From Dicyema japonicum (lineage: Eukaryota > Animalia > Dicyemida), in the NCBI GenBank assembly GCA_011109175.1, contig RDEW01000005.1, positions 1,046,643-1,110,642 of the forward strand: a stretch of 64,000 nucleotides of DNA, in the 5' to 3' direction. Positions 1 to 13,887 of the stretch are shown here, piece after piece. The notes beneath the pieces were generated by a model. The model ran no database searches. It was given only the letters and a program-made list of their open reading frames with translations, and was not told the origin of the DNA. Position 1 is the stretch's first letter, and every line of letters begins with the position of its first letter. The translations under genes and the position numbers were made by a program.

Positions 1-130
1 CGGTTGACACCTCAAGTACGGGAAGACCTCGACAGGCTGCGAAACGAGGCAAAGAATCGCCAGAGTTGGAAGAAACTAGGTATTCATTTGATTTCTAGTG
101 TTGGACATGCTTTATCACGTCCTATGACAT
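1..130 (+). mobile_element. RTE-clade LINE 3' fragment
   Basis: Reads ...REDLDRLRNEAKNRQSWKKL, matching the RTE C-terminus seen at 12452-12721 (DDIDELRKLSYNRGGWKRLV). Confidence 0.6.
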
Positions 131-983
131 AAAGTACCCATAACAATAAGTGCACTTATGTCTACTCCACACTCGGATGGCTCTAATGTCCCTACTATCC
201 TTACCCACCTAAATGCTATTTTTCAATTAATAATAAATTAATATTATATTTATTTTTTTATCGAAAACTACTATTATTACTTTAAATATTGTAATTCTAT
301 ATTTACTCACATCCTATTGTAATATTTAGCAAAATAACAAACCTTCGACTTCACAAACGAAATTTAGTTTTCCTCTGCAATCGAATGCATTCCATTTTCC
401 AGCAAACCACATATTGACGCAATGCTCTCCATTAATATGGTTTGGTTCCATTATATCGTAATTTGTATATCCCTAATAAGTTATTGAACAGTTAAACTTG
501 TCTTTCATGTTTCAAATTATAGGAAAGCATATGATATGTTTTAACTCCAATATAAAACCATTTTTTAAAACTCAAATAAAATGTGCCTTTAAAATTTACG
601 AAAATAATTAAACTGTATATAAAATTATTTGTCGAGCAATCGTTGATTGAGACCAGTTGACCTCCAATTTCAATACATGTTTTTTCAGCTTCCACAAAAT
701 TCTTTTTCTCTTCGAAGTAAATATAACAGTGGTTTTCGTAGCATTCGACAAGTTCTAGAGAATAATAATATTATTTACGCTTCTCTTTAGACCTTATTAG
801 AAAAATTAAGGAAAACAAAAATAACATTGCAGTAAACTGTGAACTGCCAATTAATTAAAATTATTATTTATAGGATTCGAAAAACATATGGTTTTATATC
901 AATTTGTCGATAAAAATTAATTGTGCCAATTTTTGTCCAATTTTCTATTTTTCCTGAATTTTAATATAAATGATATTTTGAGT

Positions 984-1135
984 CAACTTGGAGGAATAAG
1001 CGGGAAATCGTTACATTTCCTCAAAAAGCTGGGACGTCTGGTTAAATCACAACGCATGTGAGACTCAGTGGCTTCTCCAGTTATCAACGTCGATTATATC
1101 GGCTGGGACCATTTTTGATTAATTTTTTTTCATTT
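984..1135 (+). mobile_element. CRE-type (RLE) LINE 3' fragment
   Basis: Near-copy, in opposite orientation, of 42945-43100, which encodes the RLE C-terminal motif. Confidence 0.65.
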
Positions 1136-1294
1136 AAATTAAATTATTATGACCTACAAATAATCTCAACCAAATATTATAAAAGATAATCAAAATATGT
1201 TAACTTTAAAGATAATTGAAAATTATCCAGATGTTTCTTTTTTAATGACATATTTTGGAACAATAAATTTTAATTAATGCATATTCGTATTGAT

Positions 1295-1490
1295 TAGTTT
1301 CGTAGTTAGAAGCATTCCCGCGATTCCCATAAGCATGTGGGTACTTAGGGTTCCGCTTCTGCCGTACTCTTTACTATCCATAGTTCATCAAAGTTTTTTT
1401 CATTTTCAACCAACTTGTACATAATCCAGACAGAGATGGTGCGTTGTTCTCCGCCGTTCATGGCTCCTCGCTTTAAACTCAGCGAAGGAG
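1295..1490 (-). mobile_element. RTE LINE 3' end
   Basis: Shares cccataagcat...tacttagg...ctgccgtactctt.actatcc with 16595-16750, which reads DDLDELRRR...RIVKSTAQAES* on the minus strand. Confidence 0.6.
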
Positions 1491-1549
1491 AAATGTCTGG
1501 GGTGACCAGTTAAACGGGTCATTTCCGATTTAAGGAAATTGAGTCTCTC

Positions 1550-2830
1550 CATTTATCTGAAATCCCACTGGTGGTATTCGACTGCTGGTTTAATGACCTG
1601 GTTGTATAGGAGAACTAGCATTCCTCCACACAGGGGCGAAAATGACACTTTTATGTGATTCAGCTTTTGAAATTCGCTAGTGGGAACCTTTTTAACATGA
1701 TGGGAGAACGATAACAATGGATCAAAAGTTACTCCCAATATTTAAGGTTCCAGTTTTTTGGAATAGGCTTTCCAAATAGCATAATATCCGAATCTTCCTT
1801 CAATCTCCAATCGGTGAAATAATCGTATAGGAAATTTCCTCAGACCGACTGTCAGTTTGTCGCTAACCAGGTTTTAAGTTTCGCAAAAAAGTCTCAAGTT
1901 CTGTGGTGGCCTCATAAGTGGAATTACTACGACATCCAATGATCAAATCACCCACATGTGTCAGCAGAGAAATTGTTTCCCTCAGAGTATGACATTATGT
2001 TGAAATAAATTTATAAAAGCTGGAGAGAGCGGAGATACTTGAGGGATACTATTGGGGAAGAAAAGAGATCATGATCTCGAGAGCCAATGCAAATACGTGT
2101 TCTGCGTTTGTTAAGTTATTTTTACTGTAGAATAACTTCTTAGAACGTTTGTGGACATTAGGGCTTTCTAAATATCCGAGGTAAGCAATAAAATCTGAAG
2201 AGGATGACCAAATGTGACAAGTCTTTCGGTAGTAAACTGACTTAAAATCAAATACATTTTTGAAGACCAATCCGTTTTTGAAACCACGTGGGATATCAGG
2301 TCAGGAAGAATCTTTCACATGACATCTTTCTCTATGAGCGGTGAGAGACAACACGTCACGGATATAAGGCGGAAAAAAGGTGGTGAATGTTCTGTTTTAC
2401 CAGGTTTCGGAATAAATCCATGATAGAGTTTTTTGACTTGTTCAGAATTCAGTTTTTGTTTATGGACAGTCAATGGCTATATCGCCTATATATTTCAAGA
2501 GAATTGGGAAAACAGCATTAGGACCGACAAAAAGGGTTCATCGGTCCAATAACAATTTTTTAACAGTTTCCAGGAGGAATACATCAGACCAGAGATGGTC
2601 TTGAGCTTCTGAGTCTATATCGTGGGAGACGGAACATATAGCGTCTAAAAAAGTCCTTGTGGTTTACCATGGGGTAATTAGACATTATTTTGTTAATTTT
2701 CTTTTGGTTTGCGGTTGTTATTACTGTGATTGATTCGTTTTCATTTGGCGAAGACCTCAACATAATGAGACCGTAAAATTTTTCTTCCCAAGAGAAGATA
2801 TTATTAGATTCCGTGATTTTTATTGATTAG
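1550..2830 (-). mobile_element. Degenerate APE-RT LINE, RT region
   Basis: Minus-strand remnants such as LGVTFDPLLSFSHHVKK and traces of PKPGK/RLISV/SDIxKA, with many stops. Confidence 0.6.
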
Positions 2831-3044
2831 TTTTTATTAGAGTCATAATTTGTCTGTTAAGTAGACGGATGTTAAGCAAAGTAAGCTAACTTCTCTTTAG
2901 TGAGTTTCTATTTTTATGAGGCAACAGGTTTCTGAGTCAATGGTTGGGTTTATGGGCTTATAGGTTACCCGAGGCACTAACCGACTCTAAAAAATAACAT
3001 CGTTAAGTAATTCAAGAATATTGACATAAGAATAGCTCTCAATT

Positions 3045-4560
3045 TATTAACCCCCAGTATCACTTACCTGTAGGAAACTTGTGACCGTCAAAAACGCGCC
3101 GCTAAAGTAGGACGCTCCCAGAAATCCACCACTTTCACGCCGAGCCCAGGTGGTCCAAAGAAAGAAGAGATCCCAAACAACTCTTCTGGACAGAGATGGA
3201 TAATGTTCACATCACAAGCGTGCTAGTTCCACTCTGAAGGCCCCAGAAGTTATGAAGCGCTAATCTCAGGAGGTTTATATTGCAATATCTTGTTCTCTTC
3301 AAGGTTCCGTATGGCACGCATAGACATAAAGTCATGCATACTCTTAGTCCAGGTTTGGTTTTTTGCCTGAGGTGGGATTCTCCTGAATGTTCATTGGAGG
3401 TCAATTAAGATTTCTCGGATGTGTCTGTGGTTAGTTGATTTGAGTAATGAGAAGGTTGGGTAATTGGAGTCAAATGATTGTTGGAGATGTTGTAAAACTC
3501 CTCATTCAAGGTCAACATCATTCAACATCAGGATCTTCGATTCTCAGTGGGAGATGACTTTATTAGCCTATTATGAGTCTCAATGCTTAACTTTGTACTT
3601 TTTTTTAGCTTTTGTATGATGGAGAGTGATAAGCATGATGATAGGTTGAGGATTCATAATTCAATGTCGTCTTGAATTGTTCGTACGGGAGCTTAGGAAA
3701 TTCCTTTTTGCCCGTTTGAGTGCCTACCTACCACTCGAAAGACACTTGATTTTTGTTTTGCTCTGGTGCGAAGTTATTCTACGTGTTTACTGATGGTGAG
3801 AGATGGCTCAAAAAACTCTGAGGATTCAAGGATGTTTGTCCACTGGAAGTAATTCGTCGTCCATGGATAAAATAGGACTGTAATTGAATCGATTTTGGTG
3901 TAGAATTATTAAAGATTTCGATGGGAATGGAGACAGTTTAGAACTATTTAGTCGGAAAATGGATTTAAATGGGTTTGGACATTTTCCAAGGTCATTTGGA
4001 CGTTTCTATTCCTTGCTGGAATTATAAAATCGTTTTCTAATAGAAGCAACGATAGATGGAGCGTTTTCCAAATCGATGGAATGTCGTTGAGGTTGAGATT
4101 AAATAGTTAATGGGAAAGAACAGATCCCTGAAAAAACCGTTGGAAGGTAACAAAACCAGGAAATATGGGACTATAAACAGATTTGACATGGAAAGGAAAT
4201 TTGTTAGTCAGGACTATTAAACTGAATGGCTATTTGATGATCTGATCTTGTTTGAGAGGACCACACAAGAAATTCAGCAAAAACATTTGTCAGGTCGATT
4301 GAAACTTGAGCAGTTTTTTTCAGGGAGCATAGAATTGTCTCAATAAACTGCGTCAAGGTGGAAAGGTAGGAGGTTGTTGAGTGAAGGGGACAAGATTCAT
4401 TTCACCATTTGGAAAAGTTGAGGTGGCATAAAATCTCATTCAGAACTATTCTTTCCAGGATCTTCGATACCATCGAGGTAAGAGAAGTTGGTCTGTAAGA
4501 GGATGAGGAATCCTTATTGTTTTTGAGTACGGGGGTAATGGTCGACTTTTTTCATTTTTA
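3045..4560 (-). mobile_element. Degenerate Ingi/Vingi-like LINE, RT to C-terminus
   Basis: KKSTITPVLKNNKDSSSSYRPTSLTSMVSKILER at about 4550-4450; C-terminus DFWERPTLAARFL matches 15828-16076; ends in ggggttaataaa. Confidence 0.7.
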
Positions 4561-4870
4561 GGGGATAGCTTAGTGGTTGAAGTGTCACGCCTGAACACTA
4601 GTCATGGGTTGGAAATTCCCGCTGGCTACTAGGTTTCCTTCCTTGTTCTACTAGAGCGACATCATGTGATCTACCTACCTCAAATGACGCCCAGTACCAG
4701 GATGACATGGAAAATGATCATTTGCTTCCCCCATCTGAAATGATTGGATGTGTTCTGGATAACTTGTATGTGATATGGAAGGACTCTTCAGCGACTGTGG
4801 GAACTGAATACATTTAATTGGCTGTCTACTGTTAATTTATTCCTCGGTGTATCCGGGGGTTAATAAATTA
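4560..4870 (+). mobile_element. tRNA-derived SINE (family 2), with head
   Basis: A-box-like TAGCTTAGTGG and degenerate B-box; body homologous to 17150, 41690 and 40550; tail ctcggtgtatccgggggttaataaa. Confidence 0.65.
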
Positions 4871-4932
4871 AGGAAAATAAATTATTTTAAACGATAATAT
4901 TTTTAATTAAAAATTACTAAATATTATTTCAC

Positions 4933-7668
4933 TCAGTCTTTAAAAAACACGTGTTTGAAAAAAACGGCGAAATCGTGATGATCATATTTAAAATGTTTTC
5001 TCACATTTCCAGAAAAATGATATTTTTCATAATGAGCAACCAACTCTTCGTGTTTCCTACTGACTTCTTCTAAACATCTTTCATAAATTATTTCTCTATA
5101 TTTCTTTGATGGTATAGAAAAAACTGAGTGCTCTTCTCCCATTTTCTCAAATCCAATGTTAAATTTCTAGAATAATTAGTTCATAAAAAACCGAGAACAT
5201 CTTTTTAATTTTCATTTTGTTGAATTTTCCAAGCTAAATTATATTTTAACAAATTTACAGGAAGTTTAAAATTACTATCGATTGGTATATTCTTAAAAGG
5301 CTTCCCCCACCTAATAAAAATGAAATCAGTACAGATTTACGTAATCAATTATTGAATCGTCAATTTTTGAATTTATCCACTTTTCGACGTCTTCAATCAT
5401 TTTTAGATGATCGTAGCTTCTGTAATAATTAAAAAATGTACATCAAATCAACATCAGTAAAAAAATTTATGTTACTTAGGATATGAGCGTAGTTATTGAT
5501 TAAATATATATATTTGAATCCGTCTGTATACTTATCTGCATTTTTCTTAATGTTCCAATTTAACACTGGAATAAATACAGTAACTAAATTTAGGTAAAAT
5601 TATACCAATGAATTCTATAGACTTTGAGTTGTAATTTGTATTTAAATTTGTATTCTCACTAAAATCGTAGTTTGGGAGGATAAAACTGAAATTATATCTT
5701 ATAGAACTTCAAAATACGTTATATCGAAGTTATCATTAGTATTGTCAAATGCCTCTCTTACAATTTCGTTACTAAGAAGAATTTTCAGTAAAACAGTCAT
5801 CTAATAAAATACAAAATAAAAAAACGTTTCCTGTTATGTTAGTTATTGTCCCATCAATCGAGTCTACTTTATTATTTTGCTTTAACATTTTTTATACAAG
5901 TACCTTCAGAAAATTGATTATTACTTGAATTAACTAAATGATAATTTAACAATTTAACTGAGTTTTCCATTTCTCCGTATAAATTCGGTATTGACGAGGT
6001 TATTTCTTGAGTGCAATCCTAACGTCACAAACAGAAAGTACCTTTAATATGGAATTATAAAATGGCATAAATTTCTTAATGTAACTCATGACAATTAGCA
6101 GGTTTTTTAAAATTTGTGATACACGTTGGTGAGTTAATTTCGTAGGCCAAGTCAACAAACAACTGAAATTTATAATTTTCGATACTTGTCCATAGTCCAC
6201 TATTTTCTCAATAAAAGACATAGCCAGTTCATTTTGGCATATAATGGACACTTTTATGGGAAATATTATTCTCATGACTTCGAATTCGAATTTCAATATT
6301 TCTTTAATGTTATAAATAAGGAATATAAATTCATCCGGATCTACGACTAGAGAGTCTATTATCATCGGTTAATGTAAAATACAGGTTTTTTCGAATTTAA
6401 AAGACTTTGTTCGAGAAGACTTCATCTGATTTGACTTTGTTTTAAAAGATTTTAATCTAATTGAAAATTATTTATGTACGATTTCTGAACAGCAGTTAAG
6501 AAGTTGCCGTACTTTGCTTTGCCAACAAATTTAAATTTCCTTTTTATAGACTTCACATCAAAGGACTTGAATTTAATTGATTTGAGCCTTTTTTATTAAA
6601 AACATTTTATTTACGATTTTTGGAAAGTGGCCAAGGAATCAGTATATTTTCTTTTAATAAAATTTTTTTCCTGCAAATTAATAATTAAATTAACTTTTTG
6701 AATAAAATTCGTTTTAATCGATTCCATATTAAAGGACTTGACTTTAATCGATTTGACTCTAACAAGTAAATCAATTCATTTACGATGACTGGAAGGAATT
6801 GAGATATTTTCTTGAAGCGGACATTTTTTTCTAAAAATTGATTAGCAAATTAACTAGATTATCGTAGCTTATATTGAGCATTCTAAAATTAAGTTTAAAG
6901 GAGGGTTACGGATCCTTTATACTCTCAAAAGCATAATTTAGTTTTTTTTTACGACTGGCAGAATACAGATGACAAAAATCCATGATGAGTTGAGAATCAT
7001 GGATCAAGTTGATAATTCTATTAAGATAATTTGCCGTTTCTAAATTAATTAGGAAAGAATTAGAAATTTCTTTATTTTCATCTGACATTAAAAAACCACA
7101 AACCAACCGACATCTTTTATCGAGTTGATTAATTCATATTTTTTTAATTCTTCTTGCTTTAATAAAATTTCATCAAAAATCGACTTGAACTTATCCGCAT
7201 GAGTTTTCATCGTCTCTTTCTGTAATTTTTAAATAATTTATTAAAATACAGCGGTAATCAAATCATCTGACCCAGCACGATTTCTCTTTAAAAATTCCAC
7301 AGCTTTAACGACATTTTTAAAAACCGAAGCACAGTCTTTTAATGAAGTCACTCTAAATCTTAAATTCGTAAAGACTTTTTGGCTTCATTTAAATTTTTAT
7401 AGTGAACAAGAACTTGGTCAACTTCAGTGACATTTTTAACGGAATCTAAAAAGTTATTTCAAAGGACTTTGAATTTCTTTGATATTTTCATATAATGGTC
7501 CCAATTGTGCTAGAATTTGATCAAAGTTTGTGTTTAAGGAATTGGATAAAATTTCAATTTCTTTTGTCAAATTCTCAGATGTTGAAACGATCGCATTGAG
7601 AGTAGTCAAATTTTCTTTAGCCTTTTTTATCAAAAATTAACTATTACCCCAAAATCAACTAAAAGCAT
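4933..7668 (-). CDS. EXOC7: Exocyst complex component 7 (Exo70), multi-exon, apparently intact
   Basis: Spliced by hand. The N-terminal coiled coil (AKENLTTLNAIVSTSENLTKEIEIL), DGTITNITGN and the C-terminus FSIPSKKYREII...FSGNVRKHFKY match Exo70 (human WAIPD...FTKNPEKYIKY). Many introns of about 22-30 nt plus one of 37 nt. Confidence 0.8.
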
Positions 7669-7949
7669 TAATTGGATATGAAAATATTTATTAATTACTT
7701 TTTATTGTGGAAAAATGTTTTTATTAATTTTAAAAATTTATTTAAAATATTTTATAAATTAAATTGCTGAAATTTAGCAAAATTGTCAAATAATTTATTA
7801 ATTTTTTGCTTTATGATAATTATAATTAAGGGGCTCTATCTGTCTGCCAAAATGTTCTACAAAGTTTAAAAACTATTCGAAAGCAAATTGGTTTGGATTC
7901 AGCACGTATGTGGATAATTGTCTATCGGGACTTGTGGAAGATTTTTCTA

Positions 7950-9918
7950 TTGACAAGGCAGCCATGATGTTAACTTAGTTATTCGAAAAGCGGACAGAAT
8001 GTTCATCCCAATATCCTCTTACAAAAAATTTAATCCGAAACTATCTTCGGGCATCCTTGAACTTATCAAGAAACGGGATGCTTTGAAGAAAACCGGAATT
8101 AATTCAGATGGCTCTATATCGTCCATACGCTCTCTAAATCGCAGAATTTCCGAACTAATCCGTGATAAACACAGACACAAGCGAAGTCGGCTTGTTGGTC
8201 GACTATGCCACAAGAACTCGTGTGGAACCTTCTGGAAGACACTAAAGAGTATCAACAGCCTCACAAAGGAAGATGACGGCGGAGTTGAAACCGTACCCCT
8301 GCCCTTGAAAATGCACGGAAACTCGCTAATAACCTCATGAAATACTATGTGTCGATCAGCCACAAGGACTTCTCTCATTTCTGCATGTCAAACAAGATGG
8401 TCCACAACAGTCGACATGTACGACGTTCTTCACTCCCTACGACGTGGAAAGGACTATTAAATTATACGACCAACCAGAGCCTGTGGCCCCGACGGTGTCT
8501 GTGATATCCACCTGAAACACCTAGGACCTCAGGCTCATATTATGTTATCAAAACTATACAACCAGTCTATAAATTCCCATACAATACCAAACATATGGAA
8601 GAACTCATTGATTACTCCAATCCTCAAGCCTGGAAAATTAAAAGATATTCCATCCTCTTACCGCCCTGTCTCCATAACTTGTGCCTTGCCAAAAGTGTTG
8701 GAGAAGCTTGTACTACTGTTAATCACCCCAGTTCTACAAATTCCTGATTTTCAACATGGCTTCAGATCATGCCGTTTTAAAACGACGCATTTGATCTATA
8801 TCCCAGTTCATCACAGACGGCTTCAACATGAAGACGCACTTACGGACGGCTCTGGTGTCTGCAGATATACAGAAAGCCTTCGACTCGGTTTCGAGGACTT
8901 TCCTAACAAAGAAGATCTTTAACTCAAATTTACATCCGAGCATCATGCTATGGCTGGAAAATTTCTTAAATGGCCGACGTGGAAGAGTCCGGATTGGAAA
9001 AATTAATTCAAAATCAAGACTACTTCCTAATGGGGTCCCACAAGTCTCCCCTCTGTCTTTTCTTATTTAACTTATTTCTACACGATTTACTTACTATCAA
9101 TGATCAGGACACCATGTTTTTATCTTATGTGGACGACTTGATTATCGCTGCAAGGGACAAATCTCCCTCCAGGGCTGTGGCGGTGGTTCAGTCAAACCTC
9201 AACCAGGTGTATGACTGGCTATCCATGAATTTGCTGTCTGTGTCTGCATCCAAGTCTCAGTTCACTTTATTTACTACGGACAGAAGATTTAAAGGTGGAC
9301 TTGAGATATTCCTCGGAAACATTCCTATCCCTTATACACGAATTCAGAAATCTTTAGTGTAACTTTCGACTCTCTGATGACGTTCAGTCACACGGAGGAG
9401 GTGTTAACCAAGGGTCTTCGAAAATGGAACGTCCTAAAACCCATCGTAAAGAAGAGCCCCTTAGCTCCTACTGCTTGATCAGCAAGTATATCTCCAAGTT
9501 ATTGCGCCGACGATTGAATATGCCTGTTCTGCCTGGAGATTCGCTATTCTTTCTACGAGGGTGGAGCGTATGAACTTTCTCAGACGGAAGATCATGAGAC
9601 ATATATAATCAGACTCCACATCCGTCCCCAGTCTACTTTCAGACGAGGCGACGGTGAGAAATCTGGGCTTCCTACGCATGGTCAATGAGCTAGGAAATCC
9701 ATTCAGAGAGAGAATGGTTCATGCGGAGGAATGCAAATCGGCATTAAAAAAGTGCACTCCGATAGAATTCCTCTGCAGAAATAAAAGAAGACACTTCAGA
9801 AACGCTGGAGCATTCGAAGAGAATTCGAGAGATGTTGGAGGCTTGGATCACTTAATTTAGCAAGTTAATTCTTTCTTTCTTGGTGGTCTTGAGGTTAAAT
9901 AAATAAATAAAAAATAAT
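7950..9918 (+). mobile_element. 5'-truncated, frameshifted Ingi/Vingi-like APE-RT LINE
   Basis: RT motifs WKNSLITPILKPGK..SYRPVS, FQHGFR, RTALVSADIQKAFD, GVPQ, YVDD; A-rich (TAAA) tail at about 9900-9918. Confidence 0.85.
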
Positions 9919-10329
9919 TAAGGGGCTAACGGACAAGTTTTCCTTCCAACCGATTTTTATGAAGACGTCTGGGGACACCCACAGTAATATAGTATTTTTC
10001 AAAAATAATTGGACGACTTGTAAGAAAGCGGAAGAGGAAGCCCAAAACAAGGGTTAACTCTCTGAATATTTTTTCTCTTTTAGACTTTTCTGCGGCGGAT
10101 AGTGCCTCTACTGCGCCTGATGATATTAGTAGAAGATAGTCGATATAAGTGACGTCACATCAAATACCTTCCTTCCTCATGCGAATTGATAATTATTCCA
10201 CTGTAGTTCCGTTTTCCGTCTTACCTGTCGAGCCTAGCGGGCAACAGAGTGGTATTCAGCAGACTCGAATCACGTTTTACGACACCATTTAATAAATTTT
10301 TTCAGGAGTGCTTTTTTGAAAATAAGACT

Positions 10330-10660
10330 ATGGTTTCCTTAGATATCGACTGTTCTACTGATTCGCTTGACATATTTTCAATCCAAGTTGGATAGAAATC
10401 CAAATGAAGGCTTTGTAAAGGTTTTCGTGGACACCTCTAAACCCTACATTTTTTGAGGAATTAGTGAGGAAAACCGGAGTCTTACTACCCTCCAAAAAAG
10501 TTAGAAACCCCTGCCCAATCCGGAAATGCGTTGGAACCCGGGCAGAACACCGAGCAAGAATGAGATGGCTACTCGAGGCGGCCGGAATCACCTGACGGCT
10601 ATGTAGTTATTTAATTTGTCGGTGATTTTTGGTTTTTAATAATAATAATAATCATCATCG
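10330..10660 (+). mobile_element. LINE 3' end (related subfamily)
   Basis: Reads CVGTRAEHRARMRWLLEAAGIT*, homologous to 48496-48717 and 56212-56532; (TAA)n tail. Confidence 0.6.
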
Positions 10661-10779
10661 GGATGATTTCCAATTCTATTGATCAAGAGAGCTCCCTCGG
10701 ATCTCCCATCAACCAGACTGGCGATGATGATTGGAACTTTTCACTGATTTCTCAAATTTATCTTCGAACAGAATTATTA

Positions 10780-11580
10780 GTCTTTCTGAGAATGTCGTTT
10801 TTAGTAGTTCTTATGTTTTAAGAGCGATTCCTTCCTCTTTAGAGGGAATCCGAGTACGTACAACTGGTATGCTGAGGTTTTTGAAGCCCTGGGAATGATC
10901 TTCCTGAATAAAGAAAGGGACATCTAAATTGACCCCACAGGTTAAATCGAAGACCGATGATATCTAAAACTATTGACCTTACAGGGTTAGGTCAGTGTGA
11001 GTCTCACACACTGTGTACTGCAGCTTCACAACCTTCAAGAGTGGCGATTCCTACTTTTACTAACTGCAAAGTTTTTTTGAGTCCGATAAGAATTGTCCTT
11101 AGCTAGTATTTAGGCTAGGCGTCAGAAAACGAAATCCACTGTAATAGGACGTATTCTCATTCCTTTTTGATCGAAAGAAAGTAGTTTGGTATAAGACTAA
11201 GAACATCAAGTCATCTACTGATGCTCGGGATGAAAGAGAGAATCCAATCTCTTACGTTATTTTTAGAGACAAATATGCTAGCTGTTTGTCCACAGGAAAG
11301 GAGATTCTGCTGGTCGTTTGGGAAATTTGAGTGCTACATGTATTGGACTTCAGACGGCTCCATTATGCGGTTTTGATCTGCAAGAATCCTCATGGTCGCA
11401 TTGATTCCACCTTTTGCTGCATATTACGCATCGTTTTCTTGAAGGATATATTTGGGCGATTTCTCTTGTTTTCTTCTCACGGGGGGTATGTATATTGTGT
11501 ATGTGACAAAGCAAAATTATCGTACCCAGTGTTTCCTTTTGTTGAATTTTTGCAAATCTTTTTTTCACTTGTTTTTTGAG
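10780..11580 (-). mobile_element. CRE-type LINE RT fragment
   Basis: Minus-strand traces RPITV..RLA and LEGCEAAVHSV, typical of CRE/NeSL RTs. Confidence 0.55.
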
Positions 11581-11647
11581 CTTTTCCCAACACTATGTTA
11601 TTGCTAGAGAAATCCAACACTACTTATTCATGTTGCCGAGCACATAT

Positions 11648-11812
11648 GAGTTTATCAGGTTAATCGAACGGCTTGCAGGGCTGCGGAAAGATGAGCCTAG
11701 AATGACGCGATGCCCTTCCAGAACATTGGGCTACGATCATGAGGGGTAACACCCATTGCGTGGTCAATGCCTGCAGGCCATAATGGAGAGCTTGTCATAA
11801 CAACTAACTTTA
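11648..11812 (+). repeat. Dispersed repeat family C
   Basis: Homologous copies at 58140-58310 (+), 34850-34990 (-) and 26205-26265 (-); shared core gcagg.ctgcggaa...cctagaatgacgcgatg. Confidence 0.75.
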
Positions 11813-12451
11813 TTTTTATTTAAAAAAATTTCACTTAAAAATATTACTCTTAAGAGAAATTTGTTAGACGTAAAAATACAAATTGACGTCATTCAACATA
11901 TACTGTCTCGCATTAATCTGGTCGGCAAAAGTTCAGTCCCTAGTGTTTTCATTGTGCTTGAGAAAAAAACGATTCTAGTCGAAATCGAAATAGTTTTGAA
12001 TATCGTCACCAATTTGATATGACTTCATATATAAAAAGATTTTCTCTATGTTCAGCCTTAAATGTTATCACTTGAAAACGATGAGATTATTTTTCTACTC
12101 GGAATTGTCATTTAAATAGTTTCATGGACTGAAAAATTCAATGGCAAAAAGAATGCCACGTGGTACTACAAAACCTCAGCTTTGAGCTAATAAGACACAA
12201 GTTTAAGATCCACCAGTCAAGTAAAGCCATGAATCGAAAAACTCAATCCACGGAAGAGATTTCAGAAGACTCCTAATAATGCAGAACATTTGGTTAATAT
12301 TCATGACTTATGAGGTCCGACAAATCAGTGATCCCGGTATCAAATGCTTCACTTAGCGAATCGCTTACTATATCAAGGTACCAGATATTTTCAGGAGAGC
12401 AATTCTGTAAATTTTTTATTATTATAGGCAACATGAGTGAAACCATAATAG

Positions 12452-13200
12452 TTATAATTTCACTCGTGCAGCATTCGAAACAATCCTCCGAACCAACCTC
12501 TTCCAACCTCCCCGATTATAAGAGAGTTTCCTCAGCTCGTCTATATCGTCACTACTTCTTAGACTTGTGTTCACAAGCTTTAGATCTCCATAAAGTGTTT
12601 CTGGAAGTGTAACACGTCGACGTTCACGGAAACACGGTCCCTGTCTCATGAAGTAATCCTTCATTGCTATGTTAGCTGGAGCATCCAAGTCCATTCGTAA
12701 GATATGTCCAAATAGCCTCAACGCATGTCAACAATTTCGAGACTCAGTGGACCCGTACTTTTATATAGTGATTCCTTGTTCATTCTTGTTGGACAGTTCA
12801 GTCCTATTAAGGATCTAAGCTGTCTTTGGTGGAAATAGTCTACTCCAAGTTGTTCGGTTTTGGACGTCCCTTATGTCGATGAATTGTATATTAGGATCGG
12901 CTTGACAAAGGCTTCATGCAGTCTCAAACGAAGTGATGTGCAGGATCGTCGTTTGCCAATCCACTATTTCATCATCTTGTTCATCGTTACCCAAGCGAGG
13001 GCCTTTCCTCTGGCAATATCTTGGCTGTCTCCAAGTAAAGAGCCAAGTTTGTTTTTCGCTATGTTTGACAAGATCTGCTTTCCATTCTCCTGATTTCCGC
13101 AATGTCGGTTTTGCGGTGTTCATTCTGAGGAACCATCTGTTCAGCTCACCATTTATTTTATTTTTAAATAAATACTCAAATCCGGCGTATCCGTATGATC
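12452..13200 (-). mobile_element. RTE-clade LINE, RT 3' half
   Basis: RLFGHILRMDLDAPANIAM...GRRRVTLP-like C-terminus; frameshifted. Confidence 0.8.
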
Positions 13201-13499
13201 CTTACTAATTTCGAAAGAATACTAAAGAAAATCCTACGTCCGCCAGACAAACCCAGATTGAAAGAATTCTCGACTTTGTGTCCATACGGACCCTAAAGAC
13301 AACAAAATATTGAGGCGCAAACTTCCTGAGATCAACAATTCGAATTGTTGTTTCCAAGGACCATCAGAATGAGTGAATATGAAAACACTTCATTTCTGAA
13401 TGATGAGAAGTTTAATATTTTTTTGCTTGCTTAGGACGACCAGGACTCGACATCAAATTAAAGTATCATGAGACCAAACAGTCTTGGATCAGGCTTCCT

Positions 13500-13818
13500 A
13501 CATGTTAACGAAGATGATGTTAAACTGCACTTTTACGCAGAGCAATTTCTCCACTCAGACAGTACACAAACTTTATTTAAGGTAAGAACAGTTATTATAA
13601 CTAATCGTAGCGGGAAAACCAGGGAATGCTCTTCACTTCGTATTTGTATGCAAGTCCTTTTATAAACTATCCAGTTCTGCAGTGAAATATTCACTCACTA
13701 AGCCAAAGCGTCGTAGAAACGTGGAACCTTCAACAGGAATGTAAAGCAGCGAGATTCGAACTAGGGGTCATCAGACCTCTTGCCTTGCAATCGTTGCACT
13801 GCGCGGCCGCAGCACTAA
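13500..13818 (-). mobile_element. tRNA-derived SINE (family 1)
   Basis: Head with A-box-like GCGCAGTG and B-box GTTCGAATC; body shared with 17480, 25210, 33228, 51850 and 57360. Confidence 0.75.
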
Positions 13819-13887
13819 CAAATGGAATAAATATTTATGGATGAAAAAAATTTTACACCAAAAATTAAATAACAAAACCAATATAAA

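Noticed and set aside
5867-5903. Euplotes-like AAA-TAA +1 frameshift in EXOC7
   Set aside because: It appears only if the 24-nt intron is used; a 37-nt GT-AG intron restores the frame (SEVDSIDGT) without recoding.
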